In this document: positions 1-13,400 of the stretch, one piece after another | Layout of the letters: each line of letters opens with the position of its first letter | Position numbering within the stretch: position 1 is the first letter of the stretch | From: Octopus sinensis | Taxonomy: Eukaryota | Length of the DNA: 64,000 nt | NCBI RefSeq assembly: GCF_006345805.1 | Contig: NC_043010.1 | Location: 5,208,001-5,272,000 of the forward strand | Direction of reading: 5' to 3' | Notes under the pieces: model-generated | The model's database searches: none | What the model was told of the DNA's origin: nothing | Seen by the model: the letters and a program-made list of their open reading frames with translations, nothing else | Position numbers and translations under genes: made by a program

Positions 1-58
1 GAGGAAGAAAGGAGTGGTTCTTCACTATTTGGAGGAGTAGTAGAGAGGCAATGGTAGT

Positions 59-278
59 GGCGAGCTGGCAGAATCGTTAGCACGTCGGGCGAAATGCTTA
101 GCGGTATTTCGGCTGCCGTAACGTTGTGAGTTCAAATTCCGCCGAGGTCGACTTTGCCTTTCATCCTTTCGGGGTCGATAAATTAAGTACCAGTTACACA
201 CTGGGGGTCAATGTAATCGACTTAATACCTATGTTTGTCCCCCTCTATGTTTAGCCCCTTGTGGGTAATAAAGAAATA
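59..278 (+). mobile_element. tRNA-head SINE with Meta-like central domain (family 1)
   Basis: GGCGAGCTGGCAGAATCGTTAG head, B-box-like GAGTTCAAATTCC, central GTCGACTTTGCCTTTCATCCTTTCGGGGTCGATAAATTAAGTACCAG; a near-identical copy lies at 47827-48038 (-). Confidence 0.8.
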
Positions 279-1063
279 GGTAGTAGCAGTAGAATAGGAT
301 GACAAGGGCGATGATGGATTTCTTGTGTTATTCTGAGAAACATTTGAGTGGTCTGACTGTGGAGAAGAGCAAGAGACTTTGTTGTTTAGTTGGTCATCAA
401 TTGTTTTAGTATTGAAGAGTGACTTCCAGCTATTGTTTAGTTGTGGTAAGGATAGTAGCAATAGAACATGATGACAATGATGATGATGGGTCACTGGTGG
501 TATTTCAAGGAAATAAAGAAGTTGACAGGTAAATTGTAAAGGGCTCTTTACTGTAGAGTTTAGTATTAATGGTTCATAAATTGTGCTAGCATTGAGGAGT
601 GACTGTGGTTGTTGTTGTTTTGTTGTTGTTATATTTTTGTCTCATATTTATATAATTTAATTTTTGAATGTTGAGGATGCTTTAGTTCAGTAATATATCA
701 TTCTATGGATTTTGAGAGTGTTTTTGTTTTATTTATCTTAGTTCTTTGTTTTTATTTTGTAAGCCTGGGAAATGTAAGTATGTGGTACAATATTGAATTT
801 TGCACTAAAAAAAAAATTTTAGGTGTGCAAGTGCATCCCTGCACCTTCTTGTTCCTGGGCCCTTCTATATCTATGTGTGTGTGTGTGTTAGTACGTTTAT
901 CAGTTTGTGTTGCACGATTCCTGATGTGAAACTGTGTTGAAACAGATATTGTTGTATTTCAGGATGGCCATTTTTCTTTTTTTTCTTTTTGCCAAATAAA
1001 CACACACACCATATATTCATTCTGCATTGATTTATTACTGTTCTTATTCTAACTAATGTCCAT

Positions 1064-1109
1064 TGTCCAGAAATCTTTCGTCACAGATCTGTGACCTCTT
1101 AAGCAACAC
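1064..1109 (-). ncRNA. Minimal type-I hammerhead motif, core mutated (CUUAAGA)
   Basis: Reverse complement: gtgttg CTTAAGA g GTCACA-gatc-TGTGAC GAAA gatt TC tggaca. Confidence 0.6.
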
Positions 1110-1205
1110 TTTCTGTCCTCGTGTGTGCTCCTACTCCTCTTAGTCCATTCTGTTTAGAAGAACAGAATAGACTTAGAGGAGCAAGAGCACACACGAGAAT
1201 AGACA

Positions 1206-1251
1206 GTGTTGCTTAAGAGGTCACAGATGTGTGACGAAAGATTTCCAGACA
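1206..1251 (+). ncRNA. Minimal type-I hammerhead motif, core mutated (CUUAAGA)
   Basis: gtgttg CTTAAGA g GTCACA-gatg-TGTGAC GAAA gatt TC cagaca; the related copy at 37797 has CTGAAGA. Confidence 0.6.
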
Positions 1252-1412
1252 ATGGACATGAATTAGAATAAGAACAGTAATAAACGATTAAAGAAGGAAT
1301 ATATGGTGTGTGTGTGTTTATTGGCAAATAAAAAAAAAAGAATGACCTGTACAACAATATCTGTTTCAATACAGTTTCACATCAGGAATCTTGCAACACG
1401 CATTCATAAATG

Positions 1413-1443
<31 letters not shown>

Positions 1444-1507
1444 ACTGATCATCATCATCATATCATCATCATCATCATAATCTTCATATCATCATCATTA
1501 TCATCAC

Positions 1508-1551
<44 letters not shown>

Positions 1552-2106
1552 ACATCATCATTCTTAAATGTCCATTTTCCATGCTGGCATGGATTTTATG
1601 GCTGGATGCCCTTCTTAACACCAACCAGTTTATACTCATACGCACACACACACATATTTATATTCTTTTATTCTTTTACTTGTTTCAGTCATTTTGATTG
1701 CTGCCATGCTGGAGCACCACCTTAAAGGGTATTTTGTAGAAGCATTTGACTCTAGGACTTATTTTTTGTAAGTCTAGTACTTAGGCTATCAGTCTCTTTT
1801 GCCAACCATTAAGTTACAGGTATGTAAACATACCAGCATTAGTTGTCAAGCAAGGGTGAGGGAACATGCAGATACAAAGACACACACATAAATATATACA
1901 TATAATATATATATGACAGGCTTCTTTCAGTTTCCATCTGCCAAATCCACTCACAAGGCTTATATATATATATATATATATGTATTCATCAAAACCCAGG
2001 AGATAGACATATATCTACTAGGTACAATAATAAAATCACAGCTGCAAACCATATAACTATAACCTTATTCAACAGTGCAACCATACAATATATATATATA
2101 TATAGT

Positions 2107-2428
2107 GAGGGCGCGTGGCTTAGTGGTTAGGGCATTCGGCTCATGATCGTAAGGTTGTGAGTTCGATTCCCGGCAACGCGTTGTGTCCTTGAGCAAGACA
2201 CTTTGTTTCACGTTGCTCCAGTCCACTCAGCTGGCAAAAATGAGTTGTACTTGTATTTCAAAGGGTCAGCCTTGTCACTCTCTGTGTCACGCTGATTATC
2301 CCCGAGAACTACGTTAAGGGTACACGTGTCTGTGGAATGCTCAGCCATTTGCACGTTAATTTCACGAGCAAGCTGTTCCGTTGATCGTATCAGCTGGGAC
2401 CCTCGTCGTCGTAACCGGCGGAGTCTTT
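2107..2428 (+). mobile_element. tRNA-derived CORE-like SINE (family 3)
   Basis: A box TGGCTTAGTGG, B box GAGTTCGATTCCC, then GTGTCCTTGAGCAAGACACTT; inserted in (TA)n; an older copy lies at ~54555-54865 (-). Confidence 0.75.
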
Positions 2429-2430
2429 AA

Positions 2431-2482
<52 letters not shown>

Positions 2483-3174
2483 ATGTATGTATGTATTTAT
2501 TTATTTTTAATGTATGTACACACACACACAAACATACACATTTTCATATATTGCTATTTTGTGACTGTATATTCATATATATATATAAAATCAACATGTC
2601 ATAAGGAGAAAACAGTGTGTTAAAGACTTTTACAGAAGGTGACAGTCACCTTTTACCCCGTGTGTATGTATCTGTTTGTATGTTTTAGGTAATAGAAAAA
2701 TTATCTACCAACATCATCATAATGATCATGAAGCTAATAAGAGAGGCTTTTACATAGTCATTCAAATTGGGAGAAATAACCAGAAAATCTCTCTCAAAAA
2801 TAAAAAAAAAAGAAAGAAATCAGTCATCAATTTTAAAAAAATTGAAAGCCATTCAGTAACATAGTTCTATATACACTGCATCTGAAAATAACTTGGGTTG
2901 GTCAGAATATGCCTTTGGACCTTAGGTATGTCCCCTTGGTCAGGGATACCTGTGGCTAAACAATAGTAGCAATAAGCAGTAGCAGCATCAATAGCAACAT
3001 CATGTCATGTATCATGGTAATGAATAGTGCCAGCATCAGTCACAACAATAACAGAGTTAATAACAACAACAAAAGTAAACAAAAAATTCCTCAGACAAAT
3101 GAAAGCAGATAAAACAAACCATAATAACTACAGATAAAACTGTAACAAAACTCAATGAGTAGTAGTAAGTAGTA

Positions 3175-3216
<42 letters not shown>

Positions 3217-3773
3217 AGAGCCAAAGCAAGTCTATTAACAACTAGAAAATTATGGTCAACAACAGTTAGGCTAAATCTTTGATGGAAATAACAGGAAAAA
3301 AAAAATAATAATAATAATAATAAAACATACCACCTGTGAACTTATCATTTATACACCCTGCCGCCTTGATTCCTCCACCAAGCACAACCATCACCACCAC
3401 CACCATCATATGGAGACCAGCACAAAGATACACCACTAACCCCCCACCCCCACCCCACCCTGACCCATTCCATCAAAGTTAAACATGTGGAATAGATTGA
3501 TAAATTCATTAATGAAAAGTGAAGAAATAAAATATTCGGAGGACCTAACTTGTTTGTTTATTCATATTTAATCAAAATTCTTTAATAAGTTTATTTTGTT
3601 TATTAATTTGTTGTTTATTTTTTTCGATATAATTATTTTCATGAGTTTTTTTTTTGTTTGTTTTTGTTTTAAATCTTCATTTTGGCTAATTATTCATAAC
3701 ACCTGTAACTGATATGTTGTTGTTGTTGTTGTTAGTATTTTTTCCTTACTGTTATTATTACGACTAGTATCGA

Positions 3774-3809
<36 letters not shown>

Positions 3810-3928
3810 AGGAAATAAATTATATATTGCAATAACATATATACAAAACGAAAATATATACAAAAGAAAAAAACTAACATAGGAACTAAATAATAATAAT
3901 AATAATGGCAATGATAATAATAACGATA

Positions 3929-3972
<44 letters not shown>

Positions 3973-4372
3973 AACTACAACAACAACAACAACAACAACA
4001 ATAATAATAGGCAACAACATTTCATAAACTGTCTGAATCCTTATTAAACAAAAATTAACTAAAAGTACCTCCAGACAGTGGGGTTCTATATACATCTTCA
4101 TTTCATAAATATATATACTTGTATAGGTATGTATGTGTATGTGTGTATATACATGTGTGTATATATTTAATATATTTGATTACTTTTGCTTTAGTTTTAT
4201 ATTTTTCTTTTATATTTTGTTGTTTACTTTTTACACAGTTTGTTTTTCTGTAATGAAAGTGTATTAAACAATTTTATAATTTTCTTCCGTAATCTTAAAT
4301 TAGAAAACAAGAACTACAGGTAAATTTTAAGATTTGGGATGACAAAAAAAAAGAAGAAAAGTATATACTTAC

Positions 4373-4691
4373 AGCGTTACTACCAATTCCATATGAGAGT
4401 GTCATTACAAGAAATCTGTATCCGTGCATTGAGTTTCACACTCACTACTGCTGTTGTGTGACAGCTGTATAATATTTCTTGGTCTGTATTGAATTTGTGT
4501 ATGTAATGTCTGCTGCAGCCAATGACAGGCTTGTTAAGGTTCCCAAGGAAGGGAAACAGAAATGCAGTTGCCAACTGAGTTTAATGTACTTGAATACTGC
4601 TTAAGGGAAGATTCATTTACAATTCTATAAACATACAGCCAACACATCTTTGTATGTATTTATGAAAATCCATTCGCTAGCTTATTGATAT
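4373..4691 (-). other. Candidate host-gene exon (5'UTR plus possible first 19 codons MHGYRFLVMTLSYGIGSNA from ATG at 4429)
   Basis: Minus-strand acceptor ttctttttttctttctttcctcAG and donor GCT|GTAAGT bracket a non-repetitive 319-nt block. Confidence 0.3.
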
Positions 4692-4719
4692 CTGAGGAAA
4701 GAAAGAAAAAAAGAATCTT

Positions 4720-4817
4720 TAAATATGTATGTATATATGTTTATATAAGTATGTGTATGCACATGTGTGTGTGTGTGTGCATGTGTGTATATATATGTGT
4801 GTGTATGTGAGTCATAT

Positions 4818-4895
<78 letters not shown>

Positions 4896-5098
4896 ATATG
4901 TATATATATGTATATATATATATTATATATAATATATATATATTTATATATATATATTATATATATATATTATATATATATATATATATATACATACATA
5001 TATCTGCATATCTATATATATATCTACATCTATATATATACATATATATCTGCATATCTATATCTATATCTACATCTATATATACATATATATATATG

Positions 5099-5143
<45 letters not shown>

Positions 5144-5277
5144 TATATATGTATATATGTAAGTATGTATGTATGTATATAGACACATATATGTATGTGC
5201 GTGTGAGTGTGTGTGTATATGCACATATATTTATATATCTATATATCTATACACACACACGCACATATATATGTATG

Positions 5278-5339
<62 letters not shown>

Positions 5340-5430
5340 AATATTTATATACATATACACATGTATATATGCATATATATATATATATATATATATGTGC
5401 GTATATATTTATATATATATATATATATAT
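4720..5430. repeat. Compound (TA)n/(TG)n microsatellite
   Basis: Direct reading; source of the YI-repeat pseudo-ORFs. Confidence 0.95.
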
Positions 5431-6854
5431 TTAGAAGCAGATGTTTGTTAGATAGTTCTGACAATAAATAAATAAAACAATTCCTAAAAAAATTTTCTTA
5501 TTCCTGTTGAAAAGAGGTAATTTGTTGGTTTTAACAATAACTTATTCCTAAAATATATGCTGCTACAGTCTCTCTCTTTCCTTCTTCCCTCTTTTTTTTA
5601 TGCCATTATAATCAATAAACATATATAGACAAAAATGAGGAATATTGGGATGCAAAGTCCCCAAGTTATCTGTTTGGATATCTTTCTTGTAATCTGTATT
5701 ATTGTCCAGTGTTTGCTGATATATTTCTCAGTATGAAAGATCAATATTTTGCATGAAGTTTATTGATTATCATCACCATGAAATAAATAAAAGACCATAT
5801 TTTTTTTACGTTTACTTTTGTATTTTATTTTTTAAAGATTTGTGTTGTTCCTTGATATGGCTTTCAAATAATTTTTGGATTTCTGTTGGTGACAAGAAAA
5901 ACTCATGAGATTAGTAAGATGATAAAAAGGATATCTACATCATCACACCATTATACAACAGCTTTGTTGGATAGCAAATTGAAAGATATAAATGAAAATT
6001 GCTCTATCCTCTTAAACGATATTGATTCCTGGTACATATTCCTATTCTTAATTGGTCCAAGAGTATTGGTTAGAATTAATGGCATTTATTTATTTTTTGT
6101 TAATTCTGTCTTTGAAATAAATCTAAAGCAGTGATAATAAATATGAATTATTTCCTCAAAAATATATGACAGCTTGAAAGTTGTCATTAATCTAATGGCA
6201 TATAAGATTTAACCAACCCAACTTGGAACAGTTCTGAAGATATTTGCTTCAAAATTCCCAATCTCATTCTTTTAATTTTTTTGCGGATGCATATAAATAT
6301 TCATAAGGTTTGCTTTAATAGGTTTAGTTAATTAGCTAACAGGTTTTGCTTTAAATTTGTTAAAATATTCCAAATTTATTAGCAGTTTAAACAAATTGAT
6401 ACCAATTTTGTAATTTTTTAGTTTTTGAAATCATAGTTCGTTATCAAAATGAAAACAAAACCAAAAACAAAAACAAAAAAACAAAACAATATGAGCCACA
6501 CAAGCTTAATACCATTTCTGTAAGTAGTCAATAAATAACTTGGAAGACACAATATACTTATGAATCAATAACTTAACTCTTCCCAGTTTAAAATTAATAA
6601 ACACTTTGATTTCTATATTGTCTCACTATTTTTGAAATTCCAGTAGCATTAAAGCAAGATTAAAAGCAAGTATATAATTTATCTTTAATCTTTTACGTGT
6701 TTCAGTCATTGGATCAGGGCAATGCTGAGGCACCACCTTGAAGGGTTTAGCTAAACAAATCAATCCCAGTTCTCATTTTAAGATTTGGTACATATTTTAT
6801 TGGTGTCTTTTGCTGAACTGCAAAGTTACAATGGGATATATAAACCAGTACTGG

Positions 6855-6905
<51 letters not shown>

Positions 6906-6994
6906 CAAACTAATATGTGTGCAACAGGCTTCCTTACAGTTTCTGTTTATGACATTTACTCACAAAGTGGGATATATAAACCAGTACAGGTCTT

Positions 6995-7033
<39 letters not shown>

Positions 7034-7435
7034 AAAACACACACACACACACACACACATGCAAACTAATATGTGTGTGTGTGTATGCATGTGTGCAACA
7101 GGCTTCCTTACAGTTTCTGTTTATGACATTTACTCACAAAGTATTGGCCATGCTGTGACTATATTATAGAAGGCACCTGTCCAAGGTGCTGTGTTGTGGG
7201 TCTAAACCAGAAAGCATGTCGTTGCAGAGCAAGTTTCTTAACCACGCAGCCATGCCTGTGTCTATGATATTTGTAAAATGCCAAAACATGCGGAGAAAGA
7301 AACCTCCAAAGTAAGTAAACTTAATGTCAACATGCGTATAATAGATGGGAACTCTCAGTGGTCCATGTCCTCCATCAGGCAATTCTGATTTCCTATCAAT
7401 ATTTTTAAACTTTACTACCATTACAAATGATTTTA

Positions 7436-7807
7436 TTATTACTTCTGCCTTAACGAGGCAGAGGTATTGTTTTCATTTGTATTTGTTTGTTTGTTTGTCT
7501 GTGGATAAGATATCTCAAGAACTGCTGGATGGATTCGGATGAAACTTCCAGAGATGTTTGGCCTCATGGCTGGCACAAACTGATTAAATTTGGGTATCGA
7601 TCTGATACTGGACAAAGATTCTGGATTATTTTTCTGATTTTTCTGCTTAATTTTTTAGAGCAGTCAAGTTCATTTTTAGTATCCTCATTTGTGAGAGCAG
7701 TCGAGTTTATTTCATATATTCCCATTCTAAAAATCATCTCTGGATAATCGTTGAGAGGACATTGGTGTTGCCTTGGTGGAGTTTTGTGCTCTCTGAGTGA
7801 TCTTGTT
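7436..7807 (+). mobile_element. Non-autonomous Helentron/DINE-1-like element
   Basis: 5' TTATTACTTCTGCCTT..GAGGCAGAGGTATTG hairpin, GTTT/GTCT microsatellite, 3' CCTTGGTGGAG...GTGCTCTCTGAGTG...TTGTT end. Confidence 0.55.
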
Positions 7808-7834
7808 ATTAATATTATTAAACAGAGTAAGGCT

Positions 7835-8925
7835 GTGGGCTGGCAGAATTGTTAGCATGCTAGGCAAAAAGCTCGACAGCATTCCATCCATCCAGATCTG
7901 AGTTCAAATTCTGCCATGGCTGACTTTGCTTTTCAGCCTTTCGGGGTTAATAAAATAAGTACAAAATGAGCCCTGAGGTCAATGCAATCAACTTACTCCC
8001 ACCCCAAAGCTGCTGGCCTTGTGCCAAAATTTGAAATCATTATTAATACTATTAGACAGAATAAGAAAGCGTGCTGGCAGAATAGTTAGCATGCTTGGTG
8101 GTATTCCATCTGTGTTTAAGTTCTGAGTTCAAATTCTGCCAAGGTCAGCTTTGCCTTTCATCTTTTCAGGGTTGATAAAATGAGTACCAGTTGGGCACTG
8201 GAGTTGATCTAATCAACTTAACCACTTACTCAAAATTTGTGGCTTTGTGACAAAATTTGAAACCAATATTATTAGGCAGAATTGGTTGAGCATTTGACAA
8301 AATGCCATGTGGCAGTTGTTACAGATCTTTATTTCTGAGTGCAAGTCCCATCCATCAAAACGGCCAACTTATATCCTCATACACTGGGGTCTAATGGGCT
8401 ATTACTTTAAAAATGCTGGTCTTATGTCTAAATCAGAAATAATTATCGAGGTGGTGAACATGTAGAATTGTTAGAGCAGCAGAGAAATATAACAAAATGC
8501 TGTGCAGTATCTGTTCTACTTCTTTATTTTATGACTTTCAATCATGCTAAGATCAGCTTCGCTCTTTATCTTTGCATGGTCAATAAAATGAAGTACCAGT
8601 CAAGTAATGGGGTCAATGTTATCGACTAAGCCCCTTCTCTTAAGATTTCTGGCCTTGTGCAAAAATTGAAAACTAGTGTTACTATTGTTGGTGTTGTTAT
8701 TATATGCTAGGTGGCAAGCTAGCAGAATTGTTAGCACACTGGGCAAAATGCTTAGTAGCATTTCATCGATCTTTACATTCTGAGTTAAAATTCTGCCAAG
8801 GTTGACTTTGCCTTTCATCCTTTCGGGGTCGATAGATTAAGCACCAGTGAAACACTGGGGTTGATGTAATCGGCTATCCCCCTCCCCCCAAATTTCAGGC
8901 TTTGTGCCTATAGTAGAAAGGATTA
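7835..8925 (+). mobile_element. Head-to-tail cluster of about 5 family-1 (Meta-like) SINE copies of differing age
   Basis: Repeated (G)CTGGCAGAAT.GTTAG...GAGTTCAAATTCTGCC...CTTTCATC...GATAAAAT.AGTAC units separated by ATT-rich spacers. Confidence 0.75.
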
Positions 8926-8944
8926 TTATTAATATAAGCTAAAT

Positions 8945-9200
8945 TACTTAGCAGGGATAATGTCTTGAGGTTTGGTGAAAACAAGTCTCCTCAAATCACA
9001 ATAGTCTTTCTTAGGATATTTTCAGAATACAGGATTGCATCTTCTTGGAGGTTATCTCAATTCCAGTATCCTTCAGATTGAGACTTTTGTTAGTAGTTTA
9101 AGTATTCTATTAAGTGCACCATTTACCACAGGAGTAATTGTCATCTTAATGTTCCACAATCTCTTCATCTCTCTGGCTAGGTCCTACATTATTTCAATCA
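8945..9200 (-). pseudogene. 3' end of R4/Dong-like RLE non-LTR retrotransposon
   Basis: Minus-strand translation DLAREMKRLWNIKMTITPVVNGALN, the typical post-endonuclease (PVVIGALG-like) motif. Confidence 0.6.
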
Positions 9201-10321
9201 TTTTTACATTTTTATAGAACCTTGCACAGTCGAAGTATTACTTCTGAAATCATCCAAACAACAAGGTGGATCCATTAATTGGTGAACCAGAAAGTTACTC
9301 AATGCTTGGATTGTTTGACATTCTTAGAAAGGAGATTCCACATTATGTCCCCATGTAATTTTGGTATCTTTGGTTTGAAAAAATCCAAATCCAAATGGAG
9401 TCATGTGGACTCAATGTTCATAATAAAGGTAAATATTTTACAATTTCCTGCTTTTTTCCTTTTGCAACATATCACAAGTCTTTTGTGATAAGAAGGTCTG
9501 CCCAACTGTTTTTACACTTAAAAGCATTTTAAATGTCACCCTCTTCTCTCCCTTTTCTAGAACTTTCCTTTTTTGAAAGAGTAGGATGTGATTTGAGAAA
9601 TATTGAGCTTCTATTTTTAACAGATTTATTACCACATAGCGTTCTCATTGCTGAAGACATTTTTCATATCGTGTATCTTGGACGATTCCCTTCATCTCCA
9701 GAATATGCCAGCAGGAGGAAATGAACCGTGCATTGCTAGCTTACAGTAAAACAACTGCATAGAACGGTGGGATGTTTGTTCTTTATTGTACTCATTTTTA
9801 TATATCTTTATTACTTAATCAGAGGAGACAGAGCAACATCTATCACATTTTCTGTAAGACTGCCAAGAGTGGTGGAGAAAAGGGAAGGAAAAAACCCTAT
9901 AATTCATTCTTGATTCAGAAGTAGGCAGCACATCAAGATATCAGGATTTCCTCAGATTTAGGATTTGCCCCGAATGATTGCTAAAGTATGATGGAGAGAA
10001 TAACTTGTGTTATTTGTTCTCACACTTTGTATTCTGAGTTCAAATATTGCTGAGATCAACTTTGCTGTTTAACCTTTCAAGATTAACAAAAATGTACCAA
10101 TCCAGAATAGTTGGTTAGTGGAACTGTTAAGACAGACATCCAAGATGCTTTACAGTATCTTCTCCAGTGCTTTGTATTCTAGCAGCAATGTATGCAACAA
10201 AATTGGCATCAAGCTGCATTGGCTCAAATCTGTAACCTTTGTCTTTAATAAACATCAGTGGCCTGGTGAGAGGAGAACTGTATGCAAGGACGACTTCCCG
10301 TCTTCTTTAAAAATCTTACCC

Positions 10322-10745
10322 AGGCGCAGGAGTGGCTGTGTGGTAAGTAGCTTGCTAACCAACCACATGGTTCCGGGTTCAGTCCCACTGCGTGGCATCT
10401 TGGGCAAGTATCTTCTGCTATAGCCCCGGGCCGACCAATGCCTTGTGAGTGGATTTGGTAGACGGAAACTGAAAGAAGCCTGTCGTATATATGTACATAT
10501 ATATATATATGTTGTGTGTGTGTTGTGTGTCTGTGTTTGTCCCCCTAGCATTGCTTGACAAATGATGCTGGTGGTGTGTTTACGTCCCCGTCACTTAGCA
10601 GTTCGGCAAAAGAGATCGATAGAATAAGTACTGGCTTACAAAGAATAAGTCCCGGGTCGATTTGCTCGACTAAAGGCGGTGCTCCAGCATGGCCACAGTC
10701 AAATGACTGAAACAAGTAAAAGAGTAAAAGAGTAAAGAGTAAAGA
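10322..10745 (+). mobile_element. Composite tRNA/CORE-like SINE with internal microsatellite and (GAGTAAAA)n tail (family 2)
   Basis: AGGCGCAGGAGTGGCTGTGTGGTAAG...GGTTCAGTCCCAC...CTTGGGCAAGT...GGCGGTGCTCCAGCATGGCC.CAGTCAAATGACTGAAACAAGTAAAAGAG; many copies in the window. Confidence 0.85.
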
Positions 10746-11065
10746 GGCATGCACATAGGGGTGCAGAAGTATAGTCACATTTAACTGGCAGACAACTCTT
10801 CTCATACATGCATACAACCATGCACATTCCCCCACCACTCACAACAGCTATCCCTGCATATTTCTAACATCCATCTCTGTCCCTGTGCATATCTCTTTCC
10901 AGTCCCTCCACTTCCTTACCCAGCACATCATCACCACGTTTTCTAATCCATCTACATGTTTGTTATACTGCAACTCTCCTATTGACCACATCTGCACCCT
11001 TGTTCCATTCACTGCATTCACTTCTACACCATTTTTAACAATCTGTCACTCTCCTTTCAAACTCT
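10746..11065 (-). pseudogene. Degraded 3' part of an RTE-like LINE
   Basis: Minus strand gives decayed remnants resembling the RLRWFGHV-type C-terminal region. Confidence 0.4.
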
Positions 11066-11787
11066 GATGAACTTATAAATAATAATAATAATACTAATGA
11101 ATTATTGTATATAGTGCTCAGGTGCACCACAACTTGTCAGAAAGTGCATATAAAGTATATGCAGTAATGTACAAATGTATGGAAAGCGAACAATGTATGA
11201 GTCAGATACATGCTTGTGTGTGTATGGAAGGGAGGAAATCAGGTGTAGTGTTGGCACTCTTTCAAATTCCTTGTTCACCTTCTCTCTTACAATCATCTTC
11301 TTCTGCCTCGAGCACATGCTCTGACTCCTCTTCGCCACCATCATTTTCTTCTTTCTAGTCAACCATCCTTACACAATGCAGAGTAACCATGTATCTTCTC
11401 AATGACAAGGTGCTTTTGTTTGTCTCTCTGTTACATTTTAGCACATCAACATCTGGCATAACACCATTGCCCTCTTTACTGAAACACTGCTCAGTTAAAG
11501 GGTCGATTTCTTTGTCTTGAAACTCACTTAGTAACTATACTAGTGCTTGTGTCATGAAAAAAAAAAAACACTCAATGCACTTGTAAAATGGTTGACATTA
11601 GCTGATATAGAAACCAGGCAAACAGGATTTTAGAACTCAACACATTCCTCCAGGTCAGTGGATCATTAAACTGCTCGACCCAAGCCAGTATGGATGATGG
11701 ACATTAAATGATGGGGATGCTGCCACTGCCTACGATGACTAAGACATCGTCACTGCTGCCACCACCACTGATGATGATAACCACAAG

Positions 11788-11828
<41 letters not shown>

Positions 11829-11895
11829 GTGATGGTGATGGTGATGATGATGACGACAATGATGATGATGATGATGATATGATGATGATGATGAA

Positions 11896-11968
<73 letters not shown>

Positions 11969-12067
11969 GTGATGGTGATGATGATGATGATGATGACGAT
12001 GACGGTGATGACGATGACGATGACGATGGTGATGATGATGATGATGGTGATGGTGATGATGATGATG
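11788..12067. repeat. (GAT)n microsatellite
   Basis: Direct reading. Confidence 0.95.
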
Positions 12068-13228
12068 GCATGCGTAAGTGTAAAGACCACTTAATGCAAT
12101 GTGTTCTCCTTTTCACAGATGTTAAGGTAGGATCTGAGGATGAACTCAGCTGCTATTTCTTCCAAGCTGCACAACCACTTAGAAAAACTCCCATATATTG
12201 TGTAATAATGTGTAGCAAATGAAGTAATAGATTTATTTGGTCTGCTGTAATATTACATACAGTAGAGTGCAGCATAATATAATGGAATTTGCTATGAGAA
12301 GAAGACATATCTTAATGTCCAAGTTTACACAGTAATGTATGATAACACATGGTATGTAGAATGGTTTGGTAGGAATGTTTAAATTAGCTGTCACTGGTAA
12401 TGGAAGACTTTGATAAGACTGATTTTTGTATTTACACCACTGATTGATTCTGCAACGTTAGAGGATTTAACTAGATGAGATTGATGTAGATTTGATCTGG
12501 CTTTACTACAATGAAGTGTTAATTTGTACTTTTGTGTATTCACATGAAGACTAGCATTTGGCTGAATAAGATATGCTAAGATTTTTTGAGAATCTCCATT
12601 ACAGAATTAAAGAAGATTTATAATGACACAAACACCAGTATACTAGTAACGAGAACTAGGAAAATTTAATTAAATACATGCTTTGAAAGTGTTATTTAAT
12701 TATTTATTTATTTATTACTATTATCTTTTGTTTGTTTTTGTGTGTTAGAGGAAATATTTTTGAATTAGTCTACTGATTTTAAAATTTAAATCAGGCATGA
12801 TATTGAATAGAAAGACTTTCAATTGCAAACATTCAGTTTAATGTGAAACGAAATCAACAGCATACTAAGTTTCAGATTACGATAAGTGACAGATGACAAA
12901 ATTCCTCTTTCATAATTAAATCCTTAAATATTTTCCATGACAGTCTTCTTTTTTTTTGCAAATTGATTAAGAAGGAAATTAATATTTCTGCCATGATACA
13001 ATATACATGATATTGATATAGACTGGGATAAATGCAATTCTAAATGTGTTTCTAAAATTGAGAAGATTCTATCTTAGATAACAGCTTTCATATGTTACCA
13101 GATAGAATACTGGAATACTACAATTTTATGTGCATAGCTCTAAGCAAAATTAAAAGCAAATATATATATATATATATACATACACACACACATGTATATG
13201 TATATATGTATGTATATATATATATATT

Positions 13229-13261
<33 letters not shown>

Positions 13262-13353
13262 ATCTGTTCAAGTATGCACATATATATGTATATGTTCATG
13301 TGAATATGCAAATATGATGTGTATACTACATATAAAGATATACATATACGTAC

Positions 13354-13400
<47 letters not shown>

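Larger units (their letters stand above)
892..1414. repeat. Long inverted repeat (arms ~260 bp, 6-nt loop at 1155-1160), probable PLE pseudo-LTR pair
   Basis: Arms are reverse complements (e.g. GTGTTGCACGATTCCTGATGTGAAAC / GTTTCACATCAGGAATCTTGCAACAC); each carries an HHR-like motif; a related copy lies at 37610-37925. Confidence 0.85.

Noticed and set aside
918-965. CTGATGT...GAAACAGATATTGTTGTA, a second hammerhead-like string in the palindrome arms
   Set aside because: No stem II and no stem I pairing after GUA
2107-2180. tRNA-like sequence
   Set aside because: It continues into a SINE body without a proper acceptor stem, so it is a SINE head
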